Origin: Nemertoderma westbladi
Lineage: Eukaryota; Animalia; Xenacoelomorpha
Direction: 5' to 3'
DNA: 64,000 nucleotides
Assembly: GCA_032718475.1 (NCBI GenBank)
Contig: JAUCBJ010008678.1
Span: forward strand, 57,613-121,612
Part shown: in pieces, positions 45,885 to 60,800 of the stretch
Layout of the letters: each line of letters starts with the position of its first letter
Numbering within the stretch: position 1 is the stretch's first letter
The notes under the pieces: model-generated
The model's input: only the letters and a program-made list of their open reading frames with translations
Database searches by the model: none
What the model was told of the DNA's origin: nothing
Translations under genes and position numbers: made by a program

Positions 45885-48800
45885 CTGAAAAAGAAATAAA
45901 TAAATAAAGGATATCTCCAACAGCCAATCCTGAAAAGAACAAAATAAATAAAGGATATCTCCAACCTGTAAAGAACAAAATAAATAAAGTATATCTCCAC
46001 AGCCAGACCTGTAAAGAACAAAATAAATAATGGATATCTCCAAAGCCAGGCCTGTAAAGAACAAAATAAATAAAGGATATCTCCAAAGCCAGGCCTGTAA
46101 AGAACAAAATAAATAAAGGATATCTCCAACAGCCAATCCTGTAAAGAACAAAATAAATAAAGGATATCTCCAACAGCCAATCCTGAAAAGAACAAAATAA
46201 ATAAAGGATATCTCCACAGCCAGACCTGTAAAGAACAAAATAAATAATGGATATCTCCACAGCCAGACCTGTAAAGAACAAAATAAATAATGGATATCTC
46301 CACAGCCAGACCTGTAAAGAACAAAATAAATAATGGATATCTCCACAGCCAGACCTGTAAAGAACAAAATAAATAATGGATATCTCCACAGCCAGTCCTG
46401 TAAAGAACAAAATAAATAAAGGATATCCCCAACAGCCAATCCTGTAAAGAACAAAATAAATAAAGGATATCTCCACAGCCAGACCTGTAAAGAACAAAAT
46501 AAATAAAGGATATCTCCAAAGCCAGGCCTGTAAAGAACAAAATAAATAAAGGATATCTCCAACAGCCAATCCTGTAAAGAACAAAATAAATAAAGGATAT
46601 CTCCACAGCCAGACCTGTAAAGAACAAAATAAATAATGGATATCTCCACAGCCAGACCTGTAAAGAACAAAATAAATAATGGATATCTCCACAGCCAGAC
46701 CTGTAAAGAACAAAATAAATAAAGGATATCTCCAACAGCCAATCCTGTAAAGAACAAAATAAATAAAGGATATCTCCACAGCCAGACCTGTAAAGAACAA
46801 AATAAATAATGGATATCTCCACAGCCAGTCCTGTAAAGAACAAAATAAATAAAGGATATCTCCAACAGCCAATCCTGTAAAGAACAAAATAAATAAAGGA
46901 TATCTCCAACAGCCAATCCTGAAAATAACAAAATAAATAAAGGATATCTCCAACAGCCAGACCTGTAAAGAACAAAATAAATAATGGATATCTCCACAGC
47001 CAGACCTGTAAAGAACAAAATAAATAAAGGATATCTCCAAAGCCAGACCTGTAAAGAACAAAATAAATAAAGGATATCTCCAACAGCCAATCCTGAAAAG
47101 AACAAAATAAATAAAGGATATCTCCAACCTGTAAAGAACAAAATAAATAAAGGATATCTCCAACAGCCAATCCTGAAAAGAACAAAATAAATAAAGGATA
47201 TCTCCAACAGCCAATCCTGAAAAGAACAAAATAAATAAAGGATATCTCCAACAGCCAGACCTGTAAAGAACAAAATAAATAATGGATATCTCCACAGCCA
47301 GACCTGTAAAGAACAAAATAAATAAAGGATATCTCCAAAGCCAGACCTGTAAAGAACAAAATAAATAAAGGATATCTCCAACAGCCAATCCTGAAAAGAA
47401 CAAAATAAATAAAGGATATCTCCAACCTGTAAAGAACAAAATAAATAAAGGATATCTCCAACAGCCAATCCTGAAAAGAACAAAATAAATAAAGGATATC
47501 TCCAACAGCCAATCCTGAAAAGAACAAAATAAATAAAGGATATCTCCAACCTGTAAAGAACAAAATAAATAAAGTATATCTCCACAGCCAGACCTGTAAA
47601 GAACAAAATAAATAAAGGATATCTCCAACAGCCAATCCTGAAAAGAACAAAATAAATAAAGGATATCTCCACAGCCAGACCTGTAAAGAACAAAATAAAT
47701 AATGGATATCTCCACAGCCAGACCTGTAAAGAACAAAATAAATAATGGATATCTCCACAGCCAGACCTGTAAACAACAAAATAAATAAAGGATATCTCCA
47801 ACAGCCAATCCTGTAAAGAACAAAATAAATAATGGATATCTCCACAGCCAGACCTGTAAAGAACAAAATAAATAAAGGATATCTCCAACCTGTAAAGAAC
47901 AAAATAAATAAAGGATATCTCCAACAGCCAATCCTGAAAAGAACAAAATAAATAAAGGATATCTCCAACCTGTAAAGAACAAAATAAATAAAGTATATCT
48001 CCACAGCCAGACCTGTAAAGAACAAAATAAATAATGGATATCTCCAAAGCCAGGCCTGTAAAGAACAAAATAAATAAAGGATATCTCCAAAGCCAGGCCT
48101 GTAAAGAACAAAATAAATAAAGGATATCTCCAACAGCCAATCCTGTAAAGAACAAAATAAATAAAGGATATCTCCAACAGCCAATCCTGAAAAGAACAAA
48201 ATAAATAAAGGATATCTCCACAGCCAGACCTGTAAAGAACAAAATAAATAATGGATATCTCCACAGCCAGACCTGTAAAGAACAAAATAAATAATGGATA
48301 TCTCCACAGCCAGACCTGTAAAGAACAAAATAAATAATGGATATCTCCACAGCCAGACCTGTAAAGAACAAAATAAATAATGGATATCTCCACAGCCAGT
48401 CCTGTAAAGAACAAAATAAATAAAGGATATCTCCAACAGCCAATCCTGTAAAGAACAAAATAAATAAAGGATATCTCCACAGCCAGACCTGTAAAGAACA
48501 AAATAAATAAAGGATATCTCCAAAGCCAGGCCTGTAAAGAACAAAATAAATAAAGGATATCTCCAACAGCCAATCCTGTAAAGAACAAAATAAATAAAGG
48601 ATATCTCCAACAGCCAATCCTGAAAAGAACAAAATAAATAAAGGATATCTCCACAGCCAGACCTGTAAAGAACAAAATAAATAATGGATATCTCCACAGC
48701 CAGACCTGTAAAGAACAAAATAAATAATGGATATCTCCACAGCCAGACCTGTAAAGAACAAAATAAATAAAGGATATCTCCAACAGCCAATCCTGTAAAG

Positions 48801-51800
48801 AACAAAATAAATAAAGGATATCTCCACAGCCAGACCTGTAAAGAACAAAATAAATAATGGATATCTCCACAGCCAGTCCTGTAAAGAACAAAATAAATAA
48901 AGGATATCTCCAACAGCCAATCCTGTAAAGAACAAAATAAATAAAGGATATCTCCAACAGCCAATCCTGAAAATAACAAAATAAATAAAGGATATCTCCA
49001 ACAGCCAGACCTGTAAAGAACAAAATAAATAATGGATATCTCCACAGCCAGACCTGTAAAGAACAAAATAAATAAAGGATATCTCCAAAGCCAGACCTGT
49101 AAAGAACAAAATAAATAAAGGATATCTCCAACAGCCAATCCTGAAAAGAACAAAATAAATAAAGGATATCTCCAACCTGTAAAGAACAAAATAAATAAAG
49201 GATATCTCCAACCTGTAAAGAACAAAATAAATAAAGTATATCTCCACAGCCAGACCTGTAAAGAACAAAATAAATAAAGGATATCTCCAACAGCCAATCC
49301 TGAAAATAACAAAATAAATAAAGGATATCTCCACAGCCAGACCTGTAAAGAACAAAATAAATAATGGATATCTCCACAGCCAGACCTGTAAAGAACAAAA
49401 TAAATAATGGATATCTCCACAGCCAGACCTGTAAACAACAAAATAAATAAAGGATATCTCCAACAGCCAATCCTGTAAAGAACAAAATAAATAATGGATA
49501 TCTCCACAGCCAGACCTGTAAAGAACAAAATAAATAAAGGATATCTCCAAAGCCAGACCTGTAAAGAACAAAATAAATAAAGGATATCTCCAACAGCCAA
49601 TACTGAAAAGGAAATAAATAAATAATGGATATCTCCAACAGCCAGACCTGTAAAGAACTAAATAAATAAAGGATATCTCCAAAGCCAGACCTGTAAAGAA
49701 CAAAATAAATAAAGGATATCTCCAACAGCCAATCCTGAAAAGGAAATAAATAAATAAAGGATATCTCCAACAGCCAGACCTGTAAAGAACTAAATAAATA
49801 AAGGATATCTCCAACAGCCAATCCTGTAAAGAACAAAATAAATAAAGGATATCTCCACAGCCAGACCTGTAAAGAACAAAATAAATAATGGATATCTCCA
49901 AAGCCAGACCTGTAAAGAACAAAATAAATAAAGGATATCTCCAACAGCCAATCCTGTAAAGAACAAAATAAATAAAGGATATCTCCAACAGCCAGACCTG
50001 TAAAGAACAAAATAAATAAAGGATATCTCCACAGCCAGACCTGTAAAGAACAAAATAAATAAAGGATATCTCCAAAGCCAGACCTGTAAAGAACAAAATA
50101 AATAAAGGATATCTCCAACAGCCAATCCTGAAAAGGAAATAAATAAATAAAGGATATCTCCAACAGCCAGACCTGTAAAGAACTAAATAAATAAAGGATA
50201 TCTCCAAAGCCAGACCTGTAAAGAACAAAAAAAATAAAGGATATCTCCAACAGCCAATCCTGTAAAGAACAAAATAAATAAAGGATATCTCCAACAGCCA
50301 ATCCTGAAAAGAACAAAATAAATAAAGGATATCTCCAACAGCCAGACCTGTAAAGAACAAAATAAATAAAGGATATCTCCAAAGCCAGACCTGTAAAGAA
50401 CAAAATAAATAAAGGATATCTCCAACAGCCAATCCTGAAAAGAACAAAATAAATAAAGGATATCTCCACAGCCAGACCTGTAAAGAACAAAATAAATAAA
50501 GGATATCTCCAAAGCCAAACCTGTAAAGAACAAAATAAATAAAGGATATCTCCAACAGCCAGACCTGTAAAGAACAAAATAAATAATGGATATCTCCACA
50601 GCCAGACCTGTAAAGAACTAAATAAATAAAGGATATCTCCAAAGCCAGACCTGTAAAGAACAAAATAAATAAAGGATATCTCCAACAGCCAATCCTGAAA
50701 AGGAAATAAATAAATAAAGGATATCTCCAACAGCCAGACCTGTAAAGAACTAAATAAATAAAGGATATCTCCAACAGCCAATCCTGTAAAGAACAAAATA
50801 AATAAAGGATATCTCCACAGCCAGACCTGTAAAGAACAAAATAAATAATGGATATCTCCAAAGCCAGACCTGTAAAGAACAAAATAAATAAAGGATATCT
50901 CCAACAGCCAATCCTGTAAAGAACAAAATAAATAAAGGATATCTCCAACAGCCAGACCTGTAAAGAACAAAATAAATAAAGGATATCTCCACAGCCAGAC
51001 CTGTAAAGAACAAAATAAATAAAGGATATCTCCAAAGCCAGACCTGTAAAGAACAAAATAAATAAAGGATATCTCCAACAGCCAATCCTGAAAAGGAAAT
51101 AAATAAATAAAGGATATCTCCAACAGCCAGACCTGTAAAGAACTAAATAAATAAAGGATATCTCCAAAGCCAGACCTGTAAAGAACAAAAAAAATAAAGG
51201 ATATCTCCAACAGCCAATCCTGTAAAGAACAAAATAAATAAAGGATATCTCCAACAGCCAATCCTGAAAAGAACAAAATAAATAAAGGATATCTCCAACA
51301 GCCAGACCTGTAAAGAACAAAATAAATAAAGGATATCTCCAAAGCCAGACCTGTAAAGAACAAAATAAATAAAGGATATCTCCAACAGCCAATCCTGAAA
51401 AGAACAAAATAAATAAAGGATATCTCCACAGCCAGACCTGTAAAGAACAAAATAAATAAAGGATATCTCCAAAGCCAAACCTGTAAAGAACAAAATAAAT
51501 AAAGGATATCTCCAACAGCCAGACCTGTAAAGAACAAAATAAATAATGGATATCTCCACAGCCAGACCTGTAAAGAACAAAATAAATAAAGGATATCTCC
51601 AAAGCCAGACCTGTAAAGAACAAAATAAATAAAGGATATCTCCAACAGCCAATCCTGAAAAGGAAATAAATAAATAAAGGATATCTCCAACAGCCAGACC
51701 TGTAAAGAACTAAATAAATAAAGGATATCACCAAAGCCAGACCTGTAAAGAACAAAATAAATAAAGGATATCTCCAACAGCCAATCCTGTAAAGAACAAA

Positions 51801-54800
51801 ATAAATAAAGGATATCTCCAACAGCCAATCCTGAAAAGAACAAAATAAATAAAGGATATCTCCAACAGCCAGACCTGTAAAGAACAAAATAAATAAAGGA
51901 TATCTCCAAAGCCAGACCTGTAAAGAACAAAATAAATAAAGGATATCTCCAACAGCCAATCCTGAAAAGAACAAAATAAATAAAGGATATCTCCACAGCC
52001 AGACCTGTAAAGAACAAAATAAATAAAGGATATATCCACAGCCAGACCTGTAAAGAACAAAATAAATAAAGGATATCTCCAAAGCCAAACCTGTAAAGAA
52101 CAAAATAAATAAAGGATATCTCCAAAGCCAGACCTGTAAAGAACAAAATAAATAAAGGATATCTCCACAGCCAGACCTGTAAAGAACAAAATAAATAAAG
52201 GATATCTCCACAGACCTGTAAAGAACAAAATAAATAAAGGATATCTCCAACAGCCAATCCTGAAAAGAACAAAATAAATAAAGGATATCTCCACAGCCAG
52301 ACCTGTAAAGAACAAAATAAATAAAGGATATCTCCAAAGCCAGACCTGTAAAGAACAAAATAAATAAAGGATATCTCCAACAGCCAATCCTGAAAAGAAC
52401 AAAATAAATAAAGGATATCTCCAACCTGTAAAGAACAAAATAAATAAAGGATATCTCCAACCTGTAAAGAACAAAATAAATAAAGTATATCTCCACAGCC
52501 AGACCTGTAAAGAACAAAATAAATAAAGGATATCTCCAACAGCCAATCCTGAAAAGAACAAAATAAATAAAGGATATCTCCAACAGCCAGACCTGTAAAG
52601 AACAAAATAAATAAAGGATATCTCCAAAGCCAGACCTGTAAAGAACAAAATAAATAAAGGATATCTCCAACAGCCAATCCTGAAAAGAACAAAATAAATA
52701 AAGGATATCTCCACAGCCAGACCAGTAAAGAACAAAATAAATAAAGGATATATCCACAGCCAGACCTGTAAAGAACAAAATAAATAAAGGATATCTCCAA
52801 AGCCAAACCTGTAAAGAACAAAATAAATAAAGGATATCTCCAAAGCCAGACCTGTAAAGAACAAAATAAATAAAGGATATCTCCACAGCCAGACCTGTAA
52901 AGAACAAAATAAATAAAGGATATCTCCACAGACCTGTAAAGAACAAAATAAATAAAGGATATCTCCAACAGCCAATCCTGAAAAGAACAAAATAAATAAA
53001 GGATATCTCCACAGCCAGACCTGTAAAGAACAAAATAAATAAAGGATATCTCCAACAGCCAATCCTGAAAAGAACAAAATAAATAAAGGATATCTCCAAC
53101 AGCCAATCCTGAAAAGGAAATAAATAAATAAAGGATATCTCCACAGACCTGTAAAGAACAAAATAAATAAAGGATATCTCCACAGCCAGACCTGTAAAGA
53201 ACAAAATAAATAAAGGATATCTCCAACCTGTAAGGAACAAAATAAATAAAGGATATCTCCACAGCCAGACCTGTAAAGAACAAATAAATAAAGGATATCT
53301 CCACAGCCAGACCTGTAAAGAACAAAATAAATAAAGGATATCTCCAAAGCCAGACCTGTAAAGAACAAAATAAATAAAGGATATCTCCACAGCCAGACCT
53401 GTAAAGAACAAAATAAATAAAGGATATCTCCAACCTGTAAAGAACAAAATAAATAAAGGATATCTCCACAGCCAGACCTGTAAAGAACAAAATAAATAAA
53501 GGATATCTCCAACCTGTAAAGAACAAAATAAATAAAGGATATCTCCACAGCCAGACCTGTAAAGAACAAAATAAATAAAGGATATCTCCAAAGCCAGACC
53601 TGTAAAGAACAAAATAAATAAAGGATATCTCCACAGCCAGACCTGTAAAGAACAAAATAAATAAAGGATATCTCCACAGCCAGACCTGTAAAGAACAAAA
53701 TAAATAAAGGATATCTCCAAAGCCAGACCTGTAAAGAACAAAATAAATAAAGGATATCTCCACAGCCAGACCTGTAAAGAACAAAATAAATAAAGGATAT
53801 CTCCACAGACCTGTAAAGAACAAAATAAATAAAGGATATCTCCAAAGCCAGACCTGTAAAGAACAAAATAAATAAAGGATATCTCCACAGCCAGACCTGT
53901 AAAGAACAAAATAAATAAAGTATATCTCCACAGCCAGACCTGAAAAGAACAAAATAAATAAAGGATATCTCCACAGACCTGTAAAGAACAAAATAAATAA
54001 AGGATATCTCCAAAGCCAGACCTGTAAAGAACAAAATAAATAAAGGATATCTCCACAGCCAGACCTGTAAAGAACAAAATAAATAAAGTATATCTCCAAA
54101 GCCAAACCTGTAAAGAACAAAATAAATAAAGTATATCTCCACAGCCAGACCTGAAAAGAACAAAATAAATAAAGGATATCTCCACAGACCTGTAAAGAAC
54201 AAAATAAATAAAGGATATCTCCACAGCCAGACCTGTAAAGAACAAAATAAATAAAGGATATCTCCACAGCCAGACCTGTAAAGAACAAAATAAATAAAGG
54301 ATATCTCCACAGACCTGTAAAGAACAAAATAAATAAAGGATATCTCCAACAGCCAATCCTGAAAAGAACAAAATAAATAAAGGATATCTCCACAGCCAGA
54401 CCTGTAAAGAACAAAATAAATAAAGGATATCTCCAACAGCCAATCCTGAAAAGAACAAAATAAATAAAGGATATCTCCAACAGCCAGACCTGTAAAGAAC
54501 AAAATAAATAAAGGATATCTCCACAGCCAGACCTGTAAAGAACAAAATAAATAAAGGATATCTCCAACCTGTAAGGAACAAAATAAATAAAGGATATCTC
54601 CACAGCCAGACCTGTAAAGAACAAATAAATAAAGGATATCTCCACAGCCAGACCTGTAAAGAACAAAATAAATAAAGGATATCTCCAAAGCCAGACCTGT
54701 AAAGAACAAAATAAATAAAGGATATCTCCACAGCCAGACCTGTAAAGAACAAAATAAATAAAGGATATCTCCAACCTGTAAAGAACAAAATAAATAAAGG

Positions 54801-57800
54801 ATATCTCCACAGCCAGACCTGTAAAGAACAAAATAAATAAAGGATATCTCCAACAGCCAGACCTGTAAAGAACTAAATAAATAAAGGATATCTCCAACAG
54901 CCAATCCTGTAAAGAACAAAATAAATAAAGGATATCTCCACAGCCAGACCTGTAAAGAACAAAATAAATAATGGATATCTCCAAAGCCAGACCTGTAAAG
55001 AACAAAATAAATAAAGGATATCTCCAACAGCCAATCCTGTAAAGAACAAAATAAATAAAGGATATCTCCAACAGCCAGACCTGTAAAGAACAAAATAAAT
55101 AAAGGATATCTCCACAGCCAGACCTGTAAAGAACAAAATAAATAAAGGATATCTCCAAAGCCAGACCTGTAAAGAACAAAATAAATAAAGGATATCTCCA
55201 ACAGCCAATCCTGAAAAGGAAATAAATAAATAAAGGATATCTCCAACAGCCAGACCTGTAAAGAACTAAATAAATAAAGGATATCTCCAAAGCCAGACCT
55301 GTAAAGAACAAAAAAAATAAAGGATATCTCCAACAGCCAATCCTGTAAAGAACAAAATAAATAAAGGATATCTCCAACAGCCAATCCTGAAAAGAACAAA
55401 ATAAATAAAGGATATCTCCAACAGCCAGACCTGTAAAGAACAAAATAAATAAAGGATATCTCCAAAGCCAGACCTGTAAAGAACAAAATAAATAAAGGAT
55501 ATCTCCAACAGCCAATCCTGAAAAGAACAAAATAAATAAAGGATATCTCCACAGCCAGACCTGTAAAGAACAAAATAAATAAAGGATATCTCCAAAGCCA
55601 AACCTGTAAAGAACAAAATAAATAAAGGATATCTCCAACAGCCAGACCTGTAAAGAACAAAATAAATAATGGATATCTCCACAGCCAGACCTGTAAAGAA
55701 CAAAATAAATAAAGGATATCTCCAAAGCCAGACCTGTAAAGAACAAAATAAATAAAGGATATCTCCAACAGCCAATCCTGAAAAGGAAATAAATAAATAA
55801 AGGATATCTCCAACAGCCAGACCTGTAAAGAACTAAATAAATAAAGGATATCACCAAAGCCAGACCTGTAAAGAACAAAATAAATAAAGGATATCTCCAA
55901 CAGCCAATCCTGTAAAGAACAAAATAAATAAAGGATATCTCCAACAGCCAATCCTGAAAAGAACAAAATAAATAAAGGATATCTCCAACAGCCAGACCTG
56001 TAAAGAACAAAATAAATAAAGGATATCTCCAAAGCCAGACCTGTAAAGAACAAAATAAATAAAGGATATCTCCAACAGCCAATCCTGAAAAGAACAAAAT
56101 AAATAAAGGATATCTCCACAGCCAGACCTGTAAAGAACAAAATAAATAAAGGATATATCCACAGCCAGACCTGTAAAGAACAAAATAAATAAAGGATATC
56201 TCCAAAGCCAAACCTGTAAAGAACAAAATAAATAAAGGATATCTCCAAAGCCAGACCTGTAAAGAACAAAATAAATAAAGGATATCTCCACAGCCAGACC
56301 TGTAAAGAACAAAATAAATAAAGGATATCTCCACAGACCTGTAAAGAACAAAATAAATAAAGGATATCTCCAACAGCCAATCCTGAAAAGAACAAAATAA
56401 ATAAAGGATATCTCCACAGCCAGACCTGTAAAGAACAAAATAAATAAAGGATATCTCCAAAGCCAGACCTGTAAAGAACAAAATAAATAAAGGATATCTC
56501 CAACAGCCAATCCTGAAAAGAACAAAATAAATAAAGGATATCTCCAACCTGTAAAGAACAAAATAAATAAAGGATATCTCCAACCTGTAAAGAACAAAAT
56601 AAATAAAGTATATCTCCACAGCCAGACCTGTAAAGAACAAAATAAATAAAGGATATCTCCAACAGCCAATCCTGAAAAGAACAAAATAAATAAAGGATAT
56701 CTCCAACAGCCAGACCTGTAAAGAACAAAATAAATAAAGGATATCTCCAAAGCCAGACCTGTAAAGAACAAAATAAATAAAGGATATCTCCAACAGCCAA
56801 TCCTGAAAAGAACAAAATAAATAAAGGATATCTCCACAGCCAGACCAGTAAAGAACAAAATAAATAAAGGATATATCCACAGCCAGACCTGTAAAGAACA
56901 AAATAAATAAAGGATATCTCCAAAGCCAAACCTGTAAAGAACAAAATAAATAAAGGATATCTCCAAAGCCAGACCTGTAAAGAACAAAATAAATAAAGGA
57001 TATCTCCACAGCCAGACCTGTAAAGAACAAAATAAATAAAGGATATCTCCACAGACCTGTAAAGAACAAAATAAATAAAGGATATCTCCAACAGCCAATC
57101 CTGAAAAGAACAAAATAAATAAAGGATATCTCCACAGCCAGACCTGTAAAGAACAAAAAAATAAAGGATATCTCCAACAGCCAATCCTGAAAAGAACAAA
57201 ATAAATAAAGGATATCTCCAACAGCCAATCCTGAAAAGGAAATAAATAAATAAAGGATATCTCCACAGACCTGTAAAGAACAAAATAAATAAAGGATATC
57301 TCCACAGCCAGACCTGTAAAGAACAAAATAAATAAAGGATATCTCCAACCTGTAAGGAACAAAATAAATAAAGGATATCTCCACAGCCAGACCTGTAAAG
57401 AACAAATAAATAAAGGATATCTCCACAGCCAGACCTGTAAAGAACAAAATAAATAAAGGATATCTCCAAAGCCAGACCTGTAAAGAACAAAATAAATAAA
57501 GGATATCTCCACAGCCAGACCTGTAAAGAACAAAATAAATAAAGGATATCTCCAACCTGTAAAGAACAAAATAAATAAAGGATATCTCCACAGCCAGACC
57601 TGTAAAGAACAAAATAAATAAAGGATATCTCCAACCTGTAAAGAACAAAATAAATAAAGGATATCTCCACAGCCAGACCTGTAAAGAACAAAATAAATAA
57701 AGGATATCTCCAAAGCCAGACCTGTAAAGAACAAAATAAATAAAGGATATCTCCACAGCCAGACCTGTAAAGAACAAAATAAATAAAGGATATCTCCACA

Positions 57801-60800
57801 GCCAGACCTGTAAAGAACAAAATAAATAAAGGATATCTCCAAAGCCAGACCTGTAAAGAACAAAATAAATAAAGGATATCTCCACAGCCAGACCTGTAAA
57901 GAACAAAATAAATAAAGGATATCTCCACAGACCTGTAAAGAACAAAATAAATAAAGGATATCTCCAAAGCCAGACCTGTAAAGAACAAAATAAATAAAGG
58001 ATATCTCCACAGCCAGACCTGTAAAGAACAAAATAAATAAAGTATATCTCCACAGCCAGACCTGAAAAGAACAAAATAAATAAAGGATATCTCCACAGAC
58101 CTGTAAAGAACAAAATAAATAAAGGATATCTCCAAAGCCAGACCTGTAAAGAACAAAATAAATAAAGGATATCTCCACAGCCAGACCTGTAAAGAACAAA
58201 ATAAATAAAGTATATCTCCAAAGCCAAACCTGTAAAGAACAAAATAAATAAAGTATATCTCCACAGCCAGACCTGAAAAGAACAAAATAAATAAAGGATA
58301 TCTCCACAGACCTGTAAAGAACAAAATAAATAAAGGATATCTCCACAGCCAGACCTGTAAAGAACAAAATAAATAAAGGATATCTCCACAGCCAGACCTG
58401 TAAAGAACAAAATAAATAAAGGATATCTCCACAGACCTGTAAAGAACAAAATAAATAAAGGATATCTCCAACAGCCAATCCTGAAAAGAACAAAATAAAT
58501 AAAGGATATCTCCACAGCCAGACCTGTAAAGAACAAAATAAATAAAGGATATCTCCAACAGCCAATCCTGAAAAGAACAAAATAAATAAAGGATATCTCC
58601 AACAGCCAGACCTGTAAAGAACAAAATAAATAAAGGATATCTCCACAGCCAGACCTGTAAAGAACAAAATAAATAAAGGATATCTCCAACCTGTAAGGAA
58701 CAAAATAAATAAAGGATATCTCCACAGCCAGACCTGTAAAGAACAAATAAATAAAGGATATCTCCACAGCCAGACCTGTAAAGAACAAAATAAATAAAGG
58801 ATATCTCCAAAGCCAGACCTGTAAAGAACAAAATAAATAAAGGATATCTCCACAGCCAGACCTGTAAAGAACAAAATAAATAAAGGATATCTCCAACCTG
58901 TAAAGAACAAAATAAATAAAGGATATCTCCACAGCCAGACCTGTAAAGAACAAAATAAATAAAGGATATCTCCAAAGCCAGACCTGTAAAGAACTAAATA
59001 AATAAAGGATATCTCCAACAGCCAATCCTGTAAAGAACAAAATAAATAAAGGATATCTCCACAGCCAGACCTGTAAAGAACAAAATAAATAAAGGATATC
59101 TCCAAAGCCAGACCTGTAAAGAACAAAATAAATAAAGGATATCTCCAACAGCCAGATCCTGTAAAGAACAAAATAAATAAAGGATATCTCCAACAGCCAG
59201 ACCTGTAAAGAACAAAATAAATAAAGGATATCTCCACAGCCAGACCTGTAAAGAACAAAATAAATAAAGGATATCTCCAAAGCCAGACCTGTAAAGAACA
59301 AAATAAATAAAGGATATCTCCAACAGCCAATCCTGAAAAGGAAATAAATAAATAAAGGATATCTCCAACAGCCAGACCTGTAAAGAACAAAATAAATAAA
59401 GGATATCTCCAAAGCCAGACCTGTAAAGAACAAAATAAATAAAGGATATCTCCAACAGCCAGATCCTGTAAAGAACAAAATAAATAAAGGATATCTCCAA
59501 CAGCCAATCCTGAAAAGAACAAAATAAATAAAGGATATCTCCAACAGCCAGACCTGTAAAGAACAAAATAAATAAAGGATATCTCCAAAGCCAGACCTGT
59601 AAAGAACAAAATAAATAAAGGATATCTCCAACAGCCAGACCTGTAAAGAACAAAATAAATAAAGGATATCTCCACAGCCAGACCTGTAAAGAACAAAATA
59701 AATAAAGGATATCTCCAAAGCCAAACCTGTAAAGAACAAAATAAATAAAGGATATCTCCAACAGCCAGACCTGTAAAGAACAAAATAAATAAAGGATATC
59801 TCCACAGCCAGACCTGTAAAGAACAAAATAAATAAAGGATATCTCCAAAGCCAGACCTGTAAAGAACAAAATAAATAAAGGATATCTCCACAGCCAACCT
59901 GTAAAGAACAAAATAAATAAAGGATATCTCCAAAGCCAGACCTGTAAAGAACAAAATAAATAAAGGATATCTCCAACAGCCAATCCTGAAAAGAACAAAA
60001 TAAATAAAGGATATCTCCACAGCCAGACCTGTAAAGAACAAAATAAATAAAGGATATCTCCAAAGCCAGACCTGTAAAGAACAAAATAAATAAAGGATAT
60101 CTCCAACAGCCAATCCTGTAAAGAACAAAATAAATAAAGGATATCTCCACAGCCAACCTGTAAAGAACAAAATAAATAAAGGATATCTCCAACAGCCAGA
60201 CCTGTAAAGAACAAAATAAATAAAGGATATCTCCAAAGCCAGACCTGTAAAGAACAAAATAAATAAAGGATATCTCCAAAGCCAGACCTGTAAAGAACAA
60301 AATAAATAAAGGATATCTCCACAGCCAGACCTGTAAAGAACAAAATAAATAAAGGATATCTCCACCAGACCTGTAAAGAACAAAATAAATAAAGGATATC
60401 TCCAAAGCCAGACCTGTAAAGAACAAAATAAATAAAGGATATCTCCACAGCCAGACCTGTAAAGAACAAAATAAATAAAGGATATCTCCAAAGCCAGACC
60501 TGTAAAGAACAAAATAAATAAAGGATATCTCCAACAGCCAATCCTGTAAAGAACAAAATAAATAAAGGATATCTCCAACAGCCAACCTGTAAAGAACAAA
60601 ATAAATAAAGGATATCTCCACAGCCAGACCTGTAAAGAACAAAATAAATAAAGGATATCTCCAACAGCCAATCCTGAAAAGAACAAAATAAATAAAGGAT
60701 ATCTCCACAGCCAGACCTGTAAAGAACAAAATAAATAAAGGATATCTCCACAGACCTGTAAAGAACAAAATAAATAAAGGATATCTCCACAGCCAGACCT

